Positions 19,717 through 29,347 of a DNA stretch of 64,000 nucleotides are shown here, piece by piece. Under the pieces are notes generated by a model. It searched no databases. It saw nothing but the letters and a program-made list of their open reading frames with translations, and was not told where the DNA came from. Source of the stretch: Planctomycetota bacterium (GTDB lineage: Bacteria; Planctomycetota; MHYJ01; WSZJ01); NCBI GenBank assembly GCA_038060895.1, contig JBBTCT010000022.1, positions 96,001 to 160,000 on the forward strand. Direction: 5' to 3'. Numbering within the stretch: the stretch's first letter is position 1; each line of letters begins with the position of its first letter. A program made the translations under genes and the position numbers.

Positions 19717-20030
19717 GAAGTGGTATCCGGAGAAGCGAGGTGGGAACCGGAGAGTATCGCACTCGGCGGCCTAAGGGATCGCCCATAGGGTGGCGTCGAG
19801 AATTCGCGCTTGGATGAGATAACTCGCCGTGGCCCTTTCAGCCCGCAACCTCGCCGTCTCAAACAATGTTCCCGCATGACGCGCACGCACCTGCGCCACG
19901 TCCCGCACCGATCCAGAAAGATCCGTCACTGTCAGCCACGCTCGCGACATGCCCATTGCTTACTTCGACGGTCTCTGACTCCAACCGATAACTGCCAACA
20001 AATGCGTGGGAAGCCCACCAGTCGCTCAGC

Positions 20031-20744
20031 TTATTCGCAGTTGAGGACCTGAGTCACAACAACGATCCCATCGGCGTCTCCTTCGATGCCCCCTAGAGGG
20101 CCCCCTTCGTCTCCTCCCCACCTGACTTTTGCCTCCGCTGTCGTATCCAAAACCGAGTTGTCTAAGAACGCACACGCAACCGGGTCGGAGACCGGAAGGA
20201 CCCATCGCAGGTCGATGTGGTCCTTCTTGCCATCGAATTTCGTTTTGAACTTCACCTGCCTTCCGATCGCCGGAACTCCGACGACAGGGGCTGCGGGGAG
20301 CGGACCCCACGAGACGAAGCATCCCATTGAGTCGGAGTCAAAAAACACCAAGACATTGTCGCAGGAAAAGGTCACCGTCCAAATGCAATCGACTATGAGA
20401 GTCCCGTTTGCGGTGGCTCGATCGGACTTGGTCTTGATCTTGAGATCTAGCTCTGCATCGGCTTGTCCAAAAGCAAAGTGCCCCGGGTGGAGCTGCCCTT
20501 GGTGGTTGCAAAGCGAAGTCGTCTGACCGAAGGAATGTACGTCTGCGTCACCGCCGCCCTTCCTCGAAACGCAGGTCAGTACCTGCGACCCCCCGGGCGA
20601 TTCCTGAGTGGTAGTGAAACCCAGGTAAACCAGAACCAGGGAATATGACGGCGAATCAGTACTACTGTGGTTGACGGGGCCTGTGACGCCGATGGCGCAG
20701 GTCACCAAGGCGGTGGCAACAGCAAGTCTCACCAGACGCATCAC
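20031..20744 (-). CDS. Hypothetical secreted protein in a lower-GC insert
   Basis: Signal-like N-terminus; AGGAGG RBS; overlaps the upstream gene's stop; atypical codon usage. Confidence 0.55.
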   Translation of the reverse strand: MMRLVRLAVATALVTCAIGVTGPVNHSSTDSPSYSLVLVYLGFTTTQESPGGSQVLTCVSRKGGGDADVHSFGQTTSLCNHQGQLHPGHFAFGQADAELDLKIKTKSDRATANGTLIVDCIWTVTFSCDNVLVFFDSDSMGCFVSWGPLPAAPVVGVPAIGRQVKFKTKFDGKKDHIDLRWVLPVSDPVACAFLDNSVLDTTAEAKVRWGGDEGGPLGGIEGDADGIVVVTQVLNCE

Positions 20745-22510
20745 TTTCCTCCTTCTTTTGGCTCCGAGTGAGCTTCGAGGAAATCCTCAAGCAGAGACAC
20801 CACTTGCTTGAGAGAATGATCCGCACCTCCGCTGGCCGAGAGCGAATCTCTGATTCGAGCCAGCATTTCGGGCGTGCAAGATTCACCGACCATCAAGGCC
20901 GACCGCAAGCCGAGTTTCTTGTCTCGTAACAGCTTGACGACTTCAGGTAACACCGCGGCTTGTGAATCTAGATCTCCGACCTTGAGAACATAACGAACCG
21001 CGTCGAGCCGCAATGCAGGTTTCGTCGACGAACCCGTGCCGATCTGTTTCATCACCCGGAGCAAGTCTGGGCTAAGTTCGCAACTCGAGGCACCGCGAAC
21101 CAGTCGCTCAACGGCAGGGTGATCGTTCGGCAGACGGTCCAGACAGGATGCAATCGTCGAGGCACCATCGGCCTCCCTTCGCGCGATCGCGGCAAAGCCA
21201 TCAGCGGCAGTCACACTTTGCATGACGGTCCCACCGACAACGTCCGACTCCAAGTCCTTCCGGATCGACTCGATTGCGGCGCCGGTTAGCCCTACGAGAT
21301 CGGAGCGAGCGATTAGCACGGACAGGCAGGAACGCACTGCCGGGTCCAAACACGCTTCTCGGAGATCCGAAAGGGTCGTCGCTTTCAGCAAGGCCGGATT
21401 CAAGAGAGATGCCGCCGACAGGAGATCAGAGCGCAGCGGATCCTCCGCCGATGTGGAGATCAATCGTTGAACGAATTGCTCGATGACCGTCGAATCGTTG
21501 ACGTAGGCGAGCGCGAATACTGCCTGCCGCTTGTGAATTGTCGGGTAGTCACCCTCGAGAATCCTCGCAAAAAATGTCGAAGCGAATTCCGGCGCCGCAC
21601 CTCTCATACCGTAAATGAACAGGTTTGTTTCGGTCGGATCCAACTGCAGGGTCAGCACTTCGATGGCGATCAACTCGAGGAATTCCGGATCTAACTTGGC
21701 CACGGCCTTCAGGAAAGGGTCCTCACCGGAAATGATTCCGTTCTTGGAGGCGCGAACGCCTACCGCCCACGCGCGAACAAGCCGGGTGACAATATCGGGA
21801 CGATTGGCAGCCCGAAGAAAGGCAGCCGCTCGCGCCTTGACTTCACGGTCGGTTCCGTTCTCGAGCAGTTCAAGGATTATCTCGGTTGCGCGGTCCGGGT
21901 TAAGCACGACTAGAATTCGCATGGCAGCGTCAAACAGGTCCGCGTCGCCGGAGTGTTCGAGCGCCAGGCGTTCGACGATTTCCTGGACTCCGTCGCAGGA
22001 ATTCGGAAGAAGCGCAGAGAGAGCAAGTACCAAGATCGCCTTGTCCTTCGACGCCTCAAGCAGAGTCCGTACGAACTTCAGTTCTGGCACCTCCGCCAGC
22101 AGAATTGTCGCGGCTAGGACGCGAACTGCTCGTTCGGACGACTCGAGTGCCAAGGCCGCGAATACGCCAGGACGCAATCGCGCCTCGGCCTCAAGCTGTC
22201 GATCAACGTCGCCGATTCCTCGCTGCATGGCGTCAAGCCGGCGCAGAAGGAGCGCCACAATTCTCAGACGATCGCTCTCAGCGACCGGTTCCAAAGGCAT
22301 TCGAGACGCCCCGGCTCCGGACACTAACTTGAACTCTGTCGTTCTGAATGGGACATTTGGTGGGATCGGTTTCTCAGACTGCATTGAGTCTCGCAGGATC
22401 CACATGGAAAGGCATGCCACGACGCAGGCGATGCTCATCACCACCGCGAGGAAAAGTTGTTTTCCTGTGCGAATCGACGGAAGGATCGAGCGGCCGGGTT
22501 TCTTGTTCAT
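20741..22510 (-). CDS. Hypothetical membrane-anchored helical/HEAT-like protein in a lower-GC insert
   Basis: 589-aa ORF, N-terminal TM, amphipathic repeats such as DREVKARAAAFL. Confidence 0.6.
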   Translation of the reverse strand: MNKKPGRSILPSIRTGKQLFLAVVMSIACVVACLSMWILRDSMQSEKPIPPNVPFRTTEFKLVSGAGASRMPLEPVAESDRLRIVALLLRRLDAMQRGIGDVDRQLEAEARLRPGVFAALALESSERAVRVLAATILLAEVPELKFVRTLLEASKDKAILVLALSALLPNSCDGVQEIVERLALEHSGDADLFDAAMRILVVLNPDRATEIILELLENGTDREVKARAAAFLRAANRPDIVTRLVRAWAVGVRASKNGIISGEDPFLKAVAKLDPEFLELIAIEVLTLQLDPTETNLFIYGMRGAAPEFASTFFARILEGDYPTIHKRQAVFALAYVNDSTVIEQFVQRLISTSAEDPLRSDLLSAASLLNPALLKATTLSDLREACLDPAVRSCLSVLIARSDLVGLTGAAIESIRKDLESDVVGGTVMQSVTAADGFAAIARREADGASTIASCLDRLPNDHPAVERLVRGASSCELSPDLLRVMKQIGTGSSTKPALRLDAVRYVLKVGDLDSQAAVLPEVVKLLRDKKLGLRSALMVGESCTPEMLARIRDSLSASGGADHSLKQVVSLLEDFLEAHSEPKEGGK

Positions 22511-22613
22511 GACTTGTAAGTAGGTGGCAATTTGCGTTGGTAAAACGCCTTAGGAACGTTCAGGCTAGCAAGTCGGCGGTACTGGAATCAAGGACAGAAC
22601 GGAGGAGTATTCG

Positions 22614-25439
22614 CTACCGCGCGCTCGCCAATTTTCTCACGAACTCGCGCTCGCCGCCTACCGAAAGCGCCTGCCGCCGCAGGGTCGTCGCCGAAGCGTC
22701 GCGCTGCCTCGCCATCTGCAGCTCCGCGCCTGCGATGTAGAACTCCGCCTGGAGATTCGGGGTCAACCCGCCCGCGTACTTCATGAATGCTTCCATCGGC
22801 TCCCGCCCCGAGAGCGCGTCCATCACCGCTCTCCACTCCGGGTGCGCCGTATCGCCTTCGAGCGACGGCACGATCTGTTCGCGAAGCCCCATCCAGGACA
22901 GCGCCGCCGCTTCCAGGATCGCGCCGATCAGGTGCTGCGGCTGCGCGGTCGCCGAATACTCCTTCGAATGCGGAGCGAGCGCCGTCAGCGCTTCCTGCGG
23001 GCCGCTTCCGACGATCCAGCAGAGCGCGAGCCAGTTGCGCGCCCAGGCGCCCTCGACGGACGGGTGCGGCGTTTCCTTCATGACGACCGAGAGCCAGCGG
23101 CGGGCGTTTTCGAGTTCGCCGGAAGCGATCAGCGTTTCGCAGAGCCAGAGGATGACGCGCCAGCGGTCGCGCTTGCCGAGGCGGGCGCCGAGGGCGAGCG
23201 TCGCGTGGAGCGCGAGGCGCGACTGCTGGACCAGCGCCGGGGTCATGCCGGAGCGGGCGAGCGCGGTGTGGCACTCGAGGCGGACGGGGACGTTGTGGGG
23301 ATAGACGGAGAGGATGCGCAGGGACTCGGACCGGATCTTCGGCTTGCCGCCGACAAGCCCGGCGAGCGCCATGAGCTCCGAGATCACCTGCCCCGTTTCG
23401 TGCGACTCGAGCCACGGCTCGCGCAGGAGCTGCTCGTAGAGCGTCGCACCGAGCTCCGCCGATTCGCGGCTCACGCGGTCGGCGGTGTTCATGAGCAGCG
23501 TCCAGATCTCGACGCGCACCGGGGCGTCCACGAAGCGCCGGCAGCCGTCGCGCAGAACCTCCCACGCTTCCATGATGTTCTTCGAGCGGAACCCGATGCG
23601 CGCGCGGCCGAGCGCTGACAGCGCTTCCAGGGTCGTCCCCTCGAGCTGCCGCAATTCCTCGAGCGCGGCGTCGTTCTCGCCGAGCTCGATCGAGCAGAGC
23701 GCGGACTTGTAGCGGGCGATCAGGCCTTCATCGCGGTCGGGGTGCGAAAAAGCGAGCTCGTTGTACAGCTCGCGCGCTTCCGTGAGCTGCCCGAGCTGGA
23801 ACAGCTTGTCGGGGAGGGCGAGGAAGGCGAGCTGAAGCGGCGCGCCGCGGGTTTCGACGAGGAGGCGGCGCAGGAAGATGCCGGCGCCGTCGGCGGCGAT
23901 GGCGACCCGGTTGCCGCGCAAGGGGAAGACGTCGCGGTATTCGAGGGCGCGCGCGCCGTTGATGAACAGGGAGATGCGGTCTCCTTCGCGCATCACGAGC
24001 AGCTCGTAGTCCGCGCCCGCCGAGAGGCGCAGGTCGAGGCGGCGAATCGCGATCACTCCGTCGCGCACGAACTCGACGCGCGCTTCGGGGCCGCCCGCGA
24101 GGCGGATCTGGTACCCGTCCACCGAGAACGACCCGCGCAACGCGAGCCAGAACCCGATCTCCCACGACGTCCGTCCTTCCGCGCGCACCGTCGCCGCGAT
24201 GCGCACGTCGCCGGGAAGCTGCGTTTCGAGGAGAGCGCGCGCCGGCCCCGCGAGGCAGGTCAGCGACTCCGCGCCGACGTCCCATTTGCCTGACGGAGTC
24301 TGCCACTTCGCCTTCCCCCCGTCCGTCACCGGCCGCCACGGCGCACGCCCGCCGAGGTAATCCTCGATCGCGCGCGCCACCTCGCGCGCCGAGGGAAGCC
24401 GGTCCGCGATGTTGAGCGACAGGCACTTCTCCACGAGCGTCACCAGCACGCGCGGGGCGGATCGGCCGTGCGGGCGCTTCTCCAGCGGCACGAGCTGGCC
24501 GGCGATGACCTTCTGAAGGGCGTCCTGCGTCGTCGCGGCGTCGACGGGGGAGCAGCGCGCGAGAAGTTCGTAAAGGATGGCGCCGAGGGAGTACACGTCC
24601 GAAGCGAGCCCGATATCGGATGACGCGCCCTTGGCCTGCTCGGGGGACATGTAAGCGGGTGTCCCGATGACCTGCCCGTCGTGCGAAAAGGACGAGCTGT
24701 CGGGGGTCAACGCCGCGGCCCCGGGGGCGGTGTAGAACTTCGTCGTCGAGGGACGCATGCCCTCGGGCGCGTTCTCCTCCAGCTTCTTCGCGAGCCCCCA
24801 GTCCAGGACCAGCACTTCGCCGAAGTCCCCGAGCATGATGTTCCCGGGCTTCAGGTCGCGGTGCACGATCCGGTGGTGGTGCGCGAAGGCCACCGCTTCG
24901 CACGCGCGCAGGAAAATGCCGAGGAGAACGGGCAGCGTGAACTTCTCCAGGTCCTCGGCGCGGTTCTCGCGGAGGCCGGCGACGACCGAGGAAAGCGCGC
25001 GTCCCTCGACGCGCTTCATCGTGTACCACGGCCCGTGCTGCGGGTCCTCGCCGATGCGGTACACGGGGACGATGCCGGGGTGCGCGAGCCGCCCGGTCAC
25101 GACGGCTTCGTCGAGGATTTTCCGCGAAATGTGGTCGCCGATCTTCGGCCGAGGGACCTTGAGGGCGACGAGCCGGTCGAATCCGGGCTCCATCGCGAGG
25201 TAGACCGAGCCCATTCCGCCGACGCCCAGCACGCCCAAAATGTCGTGGCCGCCGATCTGCCTGGGAATCGGTTCTTCCGTCGAAGAGTCCGGCGGCGGCT
25301 CGCCGGCACCGGTGTCGACCTGTCCCGACTGGGTGGCCGGCGTCTGCGCGGCGCGGCAGAGGCCGCAGAGCGCGAGCGTCGAGCCGGGCTCGATGGGGAG
25401 GCCGCAGCGGGTGCAGAAGGATTTTTCGGCGGTGGGCAC
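22614..25439 (-). CDS. Ser/Thr protein kinase, paralog of 16927-19716
   Basis: GVGGMG, HRDLKPGN, DWGLA, GTPAYMSPEQ; shares LEYRD.FPLRG and FLALPDKL blocks with the paralog. Confidence 0.92.
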   Translation of the reverse strand: MPTAEKSFCTRCGLPIEPGSTLALCGLCRAAQTPATQSGQVDTGAGEPPPDSSTEEPIPRQIGGHDILGVLGVGGMGSVYLAMEPGFDRLVALKVPRPKIGDHISRKILDEAVVTGRLAHPGIVPVYRIGEDPQHGPWYTMKRVEGRALSSVVAGLRENRAEDLEKFTLPVLLGIFLRACEAVAFAHHHRIVHRDLKPGNIMLGDFGEVLVLDWGLAKKLEENAPEGMRPSTTKFYTAPGAAALTPDSSSFSHDGQVIGTPAYMSPEQAKGASSDIGLASDVYSLGAILYELLARCSPVDAATTQDALQKVIAGQLVPLEKRPHGRSAPRVLVTLVEKCLSLNIADRLPSAREVARAIEDYLGGRAPWRPVTDGGKAKWQTPSGKWDVGAESLTCLAGPARALLETQLPGDVRIAATVRAEGRTSWEIGFWLALRGSFSVDGYQIRLAGGPEARVEFVRDGVIAIRRLDLRLSAGADYELLVMREGDRISLFINGARALEYRDVFPLRGNRVAIAADGAGIFLRRLLVETRGAPLQLAFLALPDKLFQLGQLTEARELYNELAFSHPDRDEGLIARYKSALCSIELGENDAALEELRQLEGTTLEALSALGRARIGFRSKNIMEAWEVLRDGCRRFVDAPVRVEIWTLLMNTADRVSRESAELGATLYEQLLREPWLESHETGQVISELMALAGLVGGKPKIRSESLRILSVYPHNVPVRLECHTALARSGMTPALVQQSRLALHATLALGARLGKRDRWRVILWLCETLIASGELENARRWLSVVMKETPHPSVEGAWARNWLALCWIVGSGPQEALTALAPHSKEYSATAQPQHLIGAILEAAALSWMGLREQIVPSLEGDTAHPEWRAVMDALSGREPMEAFMKYAGGLTPNLQAEFYIAGAELQMARQRDASATTLRRQALSVGGEREFVRKLASAR

Positions 25440-25475
25440 GATGCGGTTACTTTAGAAGGTGGGGGAAGAAAGGAC

Positions 25476-25518
25476 ACAACGAAACCAAAAACGAAAAACA
25501 AAAAAGGAAAAACGAAAA
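25476..25518. repeat. A-rich heptamer tandem repeat (AAAACGA-like), half element
   Basis: ACAACGAAACCAAAAACGAAAAACAAAAAAGGAAAAACGAAAA; resembles the left arm at 61844. Confidence 0.6.
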
Positions 25519-25575
25519 GACTCCTTGATCCGCCGGCCGTACTTCCTGAGTGCGAATGAAAGGCTGCAGGGGTCG

Positions 25576-26937
25576 CTACTTTCCGCCCGCCGCCGCCCAT
25601 TTCTTCCAGTCCGCGACCCTCGCGTCGTCGTCCTCTCCCGCCGACTTGCGCCTCGTCACCGATTCGAGCGATGCCATCGCCGCCAGGCGGATTTCTCCTC
25701 GCGCCACGTCGTTGCCTCGCGCGTCGCGGAGCGTCGCGGAACGGTCGTCGTCGAGAAGCGCCAGGAGCGCGGGCACGGCCGCGTCGCGCGGGGCGCGCGC
25801 CAGCGCCGCCGCCGCCACGAGGCGGACTTCCGCGTCCTCGTCCGCGGCAGCCTTCACGGCATCCGTGGCATCCGACGCCAGGATGATCCGCCACGCCGCG
25901 GCCCGCAGCGCGGCATTCTCGTCCGCGAGACACCCTTTCGCGTCCTCAATCCCGGGCGGATCGATCGCCGCCAGCGCTTCCAGCGCCGCCTGCCGCAGGA
26001 TCGGCGCGCGCCCCTCGACCGCCATCGCCGCGCGAATCGCCGGCGCCGCGTCCTTCGACTTCATCCTGGCGCACGCGTCGATCGCAGATCGCACCACATC
26101 CGTTCCCTCGTCGTCGAGCCCGCGAGCCGCCGCCGCCGCGCCGCGCGGGTCGCCGATCGCCCCCAGCGCTTCGATCGCCGCCATCCGCACCGCAGAAACC
26201 GAATCGACCGCTGACTCCGACAGCCTCTTCACCGCCGCGCTGTCGCCGATCCGCCCCAGGGCCCGCGCCGCCGCCGATCGCACCGTTCCGTCCCTCGCGT
26301 CGAGCGCCGAAAGCGCCGGCGGCAGCACCCGGCGCTTCACGACCTCGTCCAGCGCGTCCGGAGCCTTCCCGGTCGCGCGCCCCCACTCGCCGGCCACGCT
26401 GAGAGCCAGCACGCGCAGTCCGGGCTCGGGGTCGGTGAGAAGCGGCACGAGGCGTTCGAGGGAAGCGGGGTCGCGCAGGGTCGCCAGCGCGGAGGCGCGG
26501 CGCGAGACGAGCAGCAGGGCGTCCTTTTTTGCGCGGCCGGTTCCCATGTCCATGAAGCGCATGGCGGCCGGCACGACGTCCACGCCCGGGCAGGTCACGC
26601 CGAGCATCTGGATCCAGCGGATGAGCGACTCGTCGTCCGCCACCAGGATTTCGTCTGCCGCGGCCGGGTACTTCTTCAGGAAGGCGGCCGGAAGCGCCGT
26701 GCGCCACTCGATCTGGGCGAGGGCTTTTCCCGCCTTGGCCCGGACCTCGGCGTCCTCGCTGTTGGCCGCTTCGCGCAGGGCGGGGATCGCGGCGTCGCCG
26801 ATTTCCGTCAGCCGCTCCGCCGCTCTTTCGCGGGTGTCGTAGTCATCGTCGCCCAGCGCCTTTACCAGGTCGGCGATTTCGTCGGCGGTCGCCGTGAGGG
26901 CGAGGAGGGAGCACAGGCAGAGAATCGCGGCGCGCAT
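25576..26937 (-). CDS. Secreted HEAT-repeat protein
   Basis: Signal peptide; LGDDDYDTRERA, DAEVRAKAGKAL and VRSAAARALG repeats. Confidence 0.85.
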   Translation of the reverse strand: MRAAILCLCSLLALTATADEIADLVKALGDDDYDTRERAAERLTEIGDAAIPALREAANSEDAEVRAKAGKALAQIEWRTALPAAFLKKYPAAADEILVADDESLIRWIQMLGVTCPGVDVVPAAMRFMDMGTGRAKKDALLLVSRRASALATLRDPASLERLVPLLTDPEPGLRVLALSVAGEWGRATGKAPDALDEVVKRRVLPPALSALDARDGTVRSAAARALGRIGDSAAVKRLSESAVDSVSAVRMAAIEALGAIGDPRGAAAAARGLDDEGTDVVRSAIDACARMKSKDAAPAIRAAMAVEGRAPILRQAALEALAAIDPPGIEDAKGCLADENAALRAAAWRIILASDATDAVKAAADEDAEVRLVAAAALARAPRDAAVPALLALLDDDRSATLRDARGNDVARGEIRLAAMASLESVTRRKSAGEDDDARVADWKKWAAAGGK

Positions 26938-27026
26938 TCGCCCGATGGTAGAGGCTGCGTCCCGGCACGGAAAGCCCGCGTCCGTTTTCGATTGAGCCGC
27001 CCCGCGCGCGTCCGTACCCTTCGCCC

Positions 27027-27773
27027 ATGAGAATCCTCTTCGTCGCGGCCCTGGCCGCCAGCGTTTCCGTCGTCGCCGGATGCGGCAAGCCCGAGACCGG
27101 CCCGAAACCGATCCGGGTCGGCACCGAAGCCGCGTACTTCCCGTTCGAATTCGAGGAAGGCGGCGAGATCAAGGGCTTCGATGCCGACCTCATCCGCGCG
27201 GTAGGCCGCGAAATCGGCCGGCCGGTCGAGCTGCAGAATTGCGACTTCGGCGGCCTCGTTCCCGCCCTCAAGACAGACAAGTACGACGCGGTCATTTCCT
27301 GCATCACGATCACGGAAGATCGAAAGAAGGAAGCGGACTTCAGCGACCCGTACTACGACGCGGGGCAGATCGTGGCGGTCCGCGCCGAGGAGACGGCGAT
27401 CGGGTCGAAGGACGACCTGAAGGGCCGGGTCGTCGGGGCCCAGACGAACACCACGGGGTACGACCAGGCGGTCCTGATCACGGGCAGCAAGGACCTCGTG
27501 AAGCCCTACAAGGACGTCAACCTCGCCTTCCAGGACCTTCTCAACGGGCAGGTCGTGGCCGTCATCAATGACGAACCCGTCAGCCGCCGGCTCGTCGCCA
27601 CCAAGCCCGGGTTCAAGCTCGTGGGCGACGTCTTCACGACGGAGCAGTACGGGATTGAGGTCCAGAAGGGAAACAAGGAGCTGCTGGACCAGATCAACGC
27701 GGCGCTGAAGAAGATCCGCGCGTCGGGGGAGCTGGAGCGGCTTCGGGAAAAGTGGATCACGAAGCCCCAGTAA
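27027..27773 (+). CDS. Polar amino acid ABC transporter substrate-binding lipoprotein
   Basis: Lipobox VAGC, YFPFEF, GFDADL, ITITEDRK, FSDPYY. Confidence 0.92.
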   Translation: MRILFVAALAASVSVVAGCGKPETGPKPIRVGTEAAYFPFEFEEGGEIKGFDADLIRAVGREIGRPVELQNCDFGGLVPALKTDKYDAVISCITITEDRKKEADFSDPYYDAGQIVAVRAEETAIGSKDDLKGRVVGAQTNTTGYDQAVLITGSKDLVKPYKDVNLAFQDLLNGQVVAVINDEPVSRRLVATKPGFKLVGDVFTTEQYGIEVQKGNKELLDQINAALKKIRASGELERLREKWITKPQ

Positions 27774-27776
27774 GCC

Positions 27777-28442
27777 GTGGACCTGAAGCCCTATCTTGAG
27801 AGCCTGCCGTCCGCGATCGCAAACACGGCGTTGCTCACTGTCTGTTCCCTCGCGGTTGGAATTGTGCTGGGACTGGTCATCGGACTGGCGCGGGTCAGTT
27901 CGATCAAACCGCTGAGGATGGCCGCCGCCGTGTACGTGGAGGTGGTCCGGGCGATCCCGCTCTTCGTCCAGATCCTCTACCTCTACTACGGGATCGGGTA
28001 CCTGATCCGGAAGATCTACATCCCGAGTCCCTTCGTGTCGGCAACCGCGGCTTTCGGGCTCTGCTACGCCGCCTACATCGCCGAGATCTTCCGGGCCGGG
28101 TTCCAGTCCCTCGACAGGGGACAGTCCGAAGCGGCGCGGGCCCTCGGGCTGACGCGCCCCCAGGCGATGCGCTGGGTGCTGCTTCCGCAGGCCTTTCGCA
28201 ACATCCTTCCGGCGCTGGGTAACGAGGGCGTCGCCTTGCTGAAGGACACCTCGCTGGCCTCCGTCGTCACCATCACCGAGTTGACCCAGGTAGGCGGCCA
28301 GCTCACCAACCGGATCTACAAGCCCTTCGAAGTCTGGACCGTGATCGCCCTCTGCTACCTCGCGCTGACTCTTCCGCTTTCCTGGGCTGTCCGCAAACTG
28401 GAGGCTCGCCTGCGTGTCCGCGGCACCTCTCATACGGCTTAA
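27777..28442 (+). CDS. Polar amino acid ABC transporter permease
   Basis: [30 protein letters not shown]. Confidence 0.93.
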   Translation: MDLKPYLESLPSAIANTALLTVCSLAVGIVLGLVIGLARVSSIKPLRMAAAVYVEVVRAIPLFVQILYLYYGIGYLIRKIYIPSPFVSATAAFGLCYAAYIAEIFRAGFQSLDRGQSEAARALGLTRPQAMRWVLLPQAFRNILPALGNEGVALLKDTSLASVVTITELTQVGGQLTNRIYKPFEVWTVIALCYLALTLPLSWAVRKLEARLRVRGTSHTA

Positions 28443-29148
28443 GGGCCTTCGAAAAACCCTGGGCGGCAAGGAGATCCTGAAAGGGATCGACCTCGACGTC
28501 GCCAAGGGGGAGGTCCTGTGCGTCATCGGACCGTCCGGATCGGGAAAGTCGACCCTGATCCGGTGCATCAACTTCCTCGAGGTCCCCGACCAGGGCACGA
28601 TCGAGTTCGACGGCGTCCTCGTCCGTCCGGATGGATCGCTCGATCGCCACCGTTCCCGGGTGGGAATGGTATTTCAGCGCTTCAACCTGTTCTCACACCT
28701 GTCCGTCGTCGAGAACTTGACCCTCGCCCCGACGAAAGTCCTCGGACTTTCCCCCGGCCAGGCGCTTCAGCGCGCCCGTGCGCTGCTCGACCGGGTCGGA
28801 CTCGCCGACCGCGAGAACGCGTACCCTGCCGAACTCTCGGGGGGCCAGCAGCAGCGTGTCGCCATCGCCCGGGCCCTCGCCATGCAGCCCCAAGTCATGC
28901 TTTTCGACGAGGTCACCAGCGCTCTGGACCCGGAACTGGTGGGGGAAGTGCTGGAAGTCATGAAGGGGCTGGCGCGCGAAGGGATGACGATGCTGGTGGT
29001 GACTCACCAGATGAAATTTGCCCGGGAGGTGGGGCACCGGGTGATCTTCCTGGAAGGGGGAGTCATTGCGGAAGAGGGGAAACCTGGGGATGTTCTGGAG
29101 CGGCCGAAAGGGGCCCGTTTGAAGGAGTTTTTGGGACATTTCTCATGA
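28414..29148 (+). CDS. Polar amino acid ABC transporter ATPase (GlnQ-like)
   Basis: [28 protein letters not shown]. Confidence 0.93.
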   Translation: MSAAPLIRLKGLRKTLGGKEILKGIDLDVAKGEVLCVIGPSGSGKSTLIRCINFLEVPDQGTIEFDGVLVRPDGSLDRHRSRVGMVFQRFNLFSHLSVVENLTLAPTKVLGLSPGQALQRARALLDRVGLADRENAYPAELSGGQQQRVAIARALAMQPQVMLFDEVTSALDPELVGEVLEVMKGLAREGMTMLVVTHQMKFAREVGHRVIFLEGGVIAEEGKPGDVLERPKGARLKEFLGHFS

Positions 29149-29347
29149 AGTTCCCATAAGTCATTACGCAGAAGCATGTTAAGATGTGGTCGATTTGCAA
29201 TCGTCAAAATGAAATGCACTTGAATTACCCCTTCTCCACGACATACAATTCTCCCTTGCCCCCCTGAGAGGTTGCCTCCGCCGCGCCGAACGCGACACCA
29301 CTCCTTGTCGCGCCAACCCGACCTCTCCGCCCCCAAAACACACCCCC

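Noticed and set aside
15562-19788. 1408-aa plus-strand ORF
   Set aside because: Antisense shadow of DUF1800 and the kinase in high-GC DNA; no motifs.
19770-22556. CCTAAGG/CCTTAGG as ends of the lower-GC insert
   Set aside because: A 7-bp match is too short to distinguish from chance.
29180-29225. sigma54 promoter upstream of the Fis-HTH regulator
   Set aside because: GG and GC are 7 nt apart, not the required 10.
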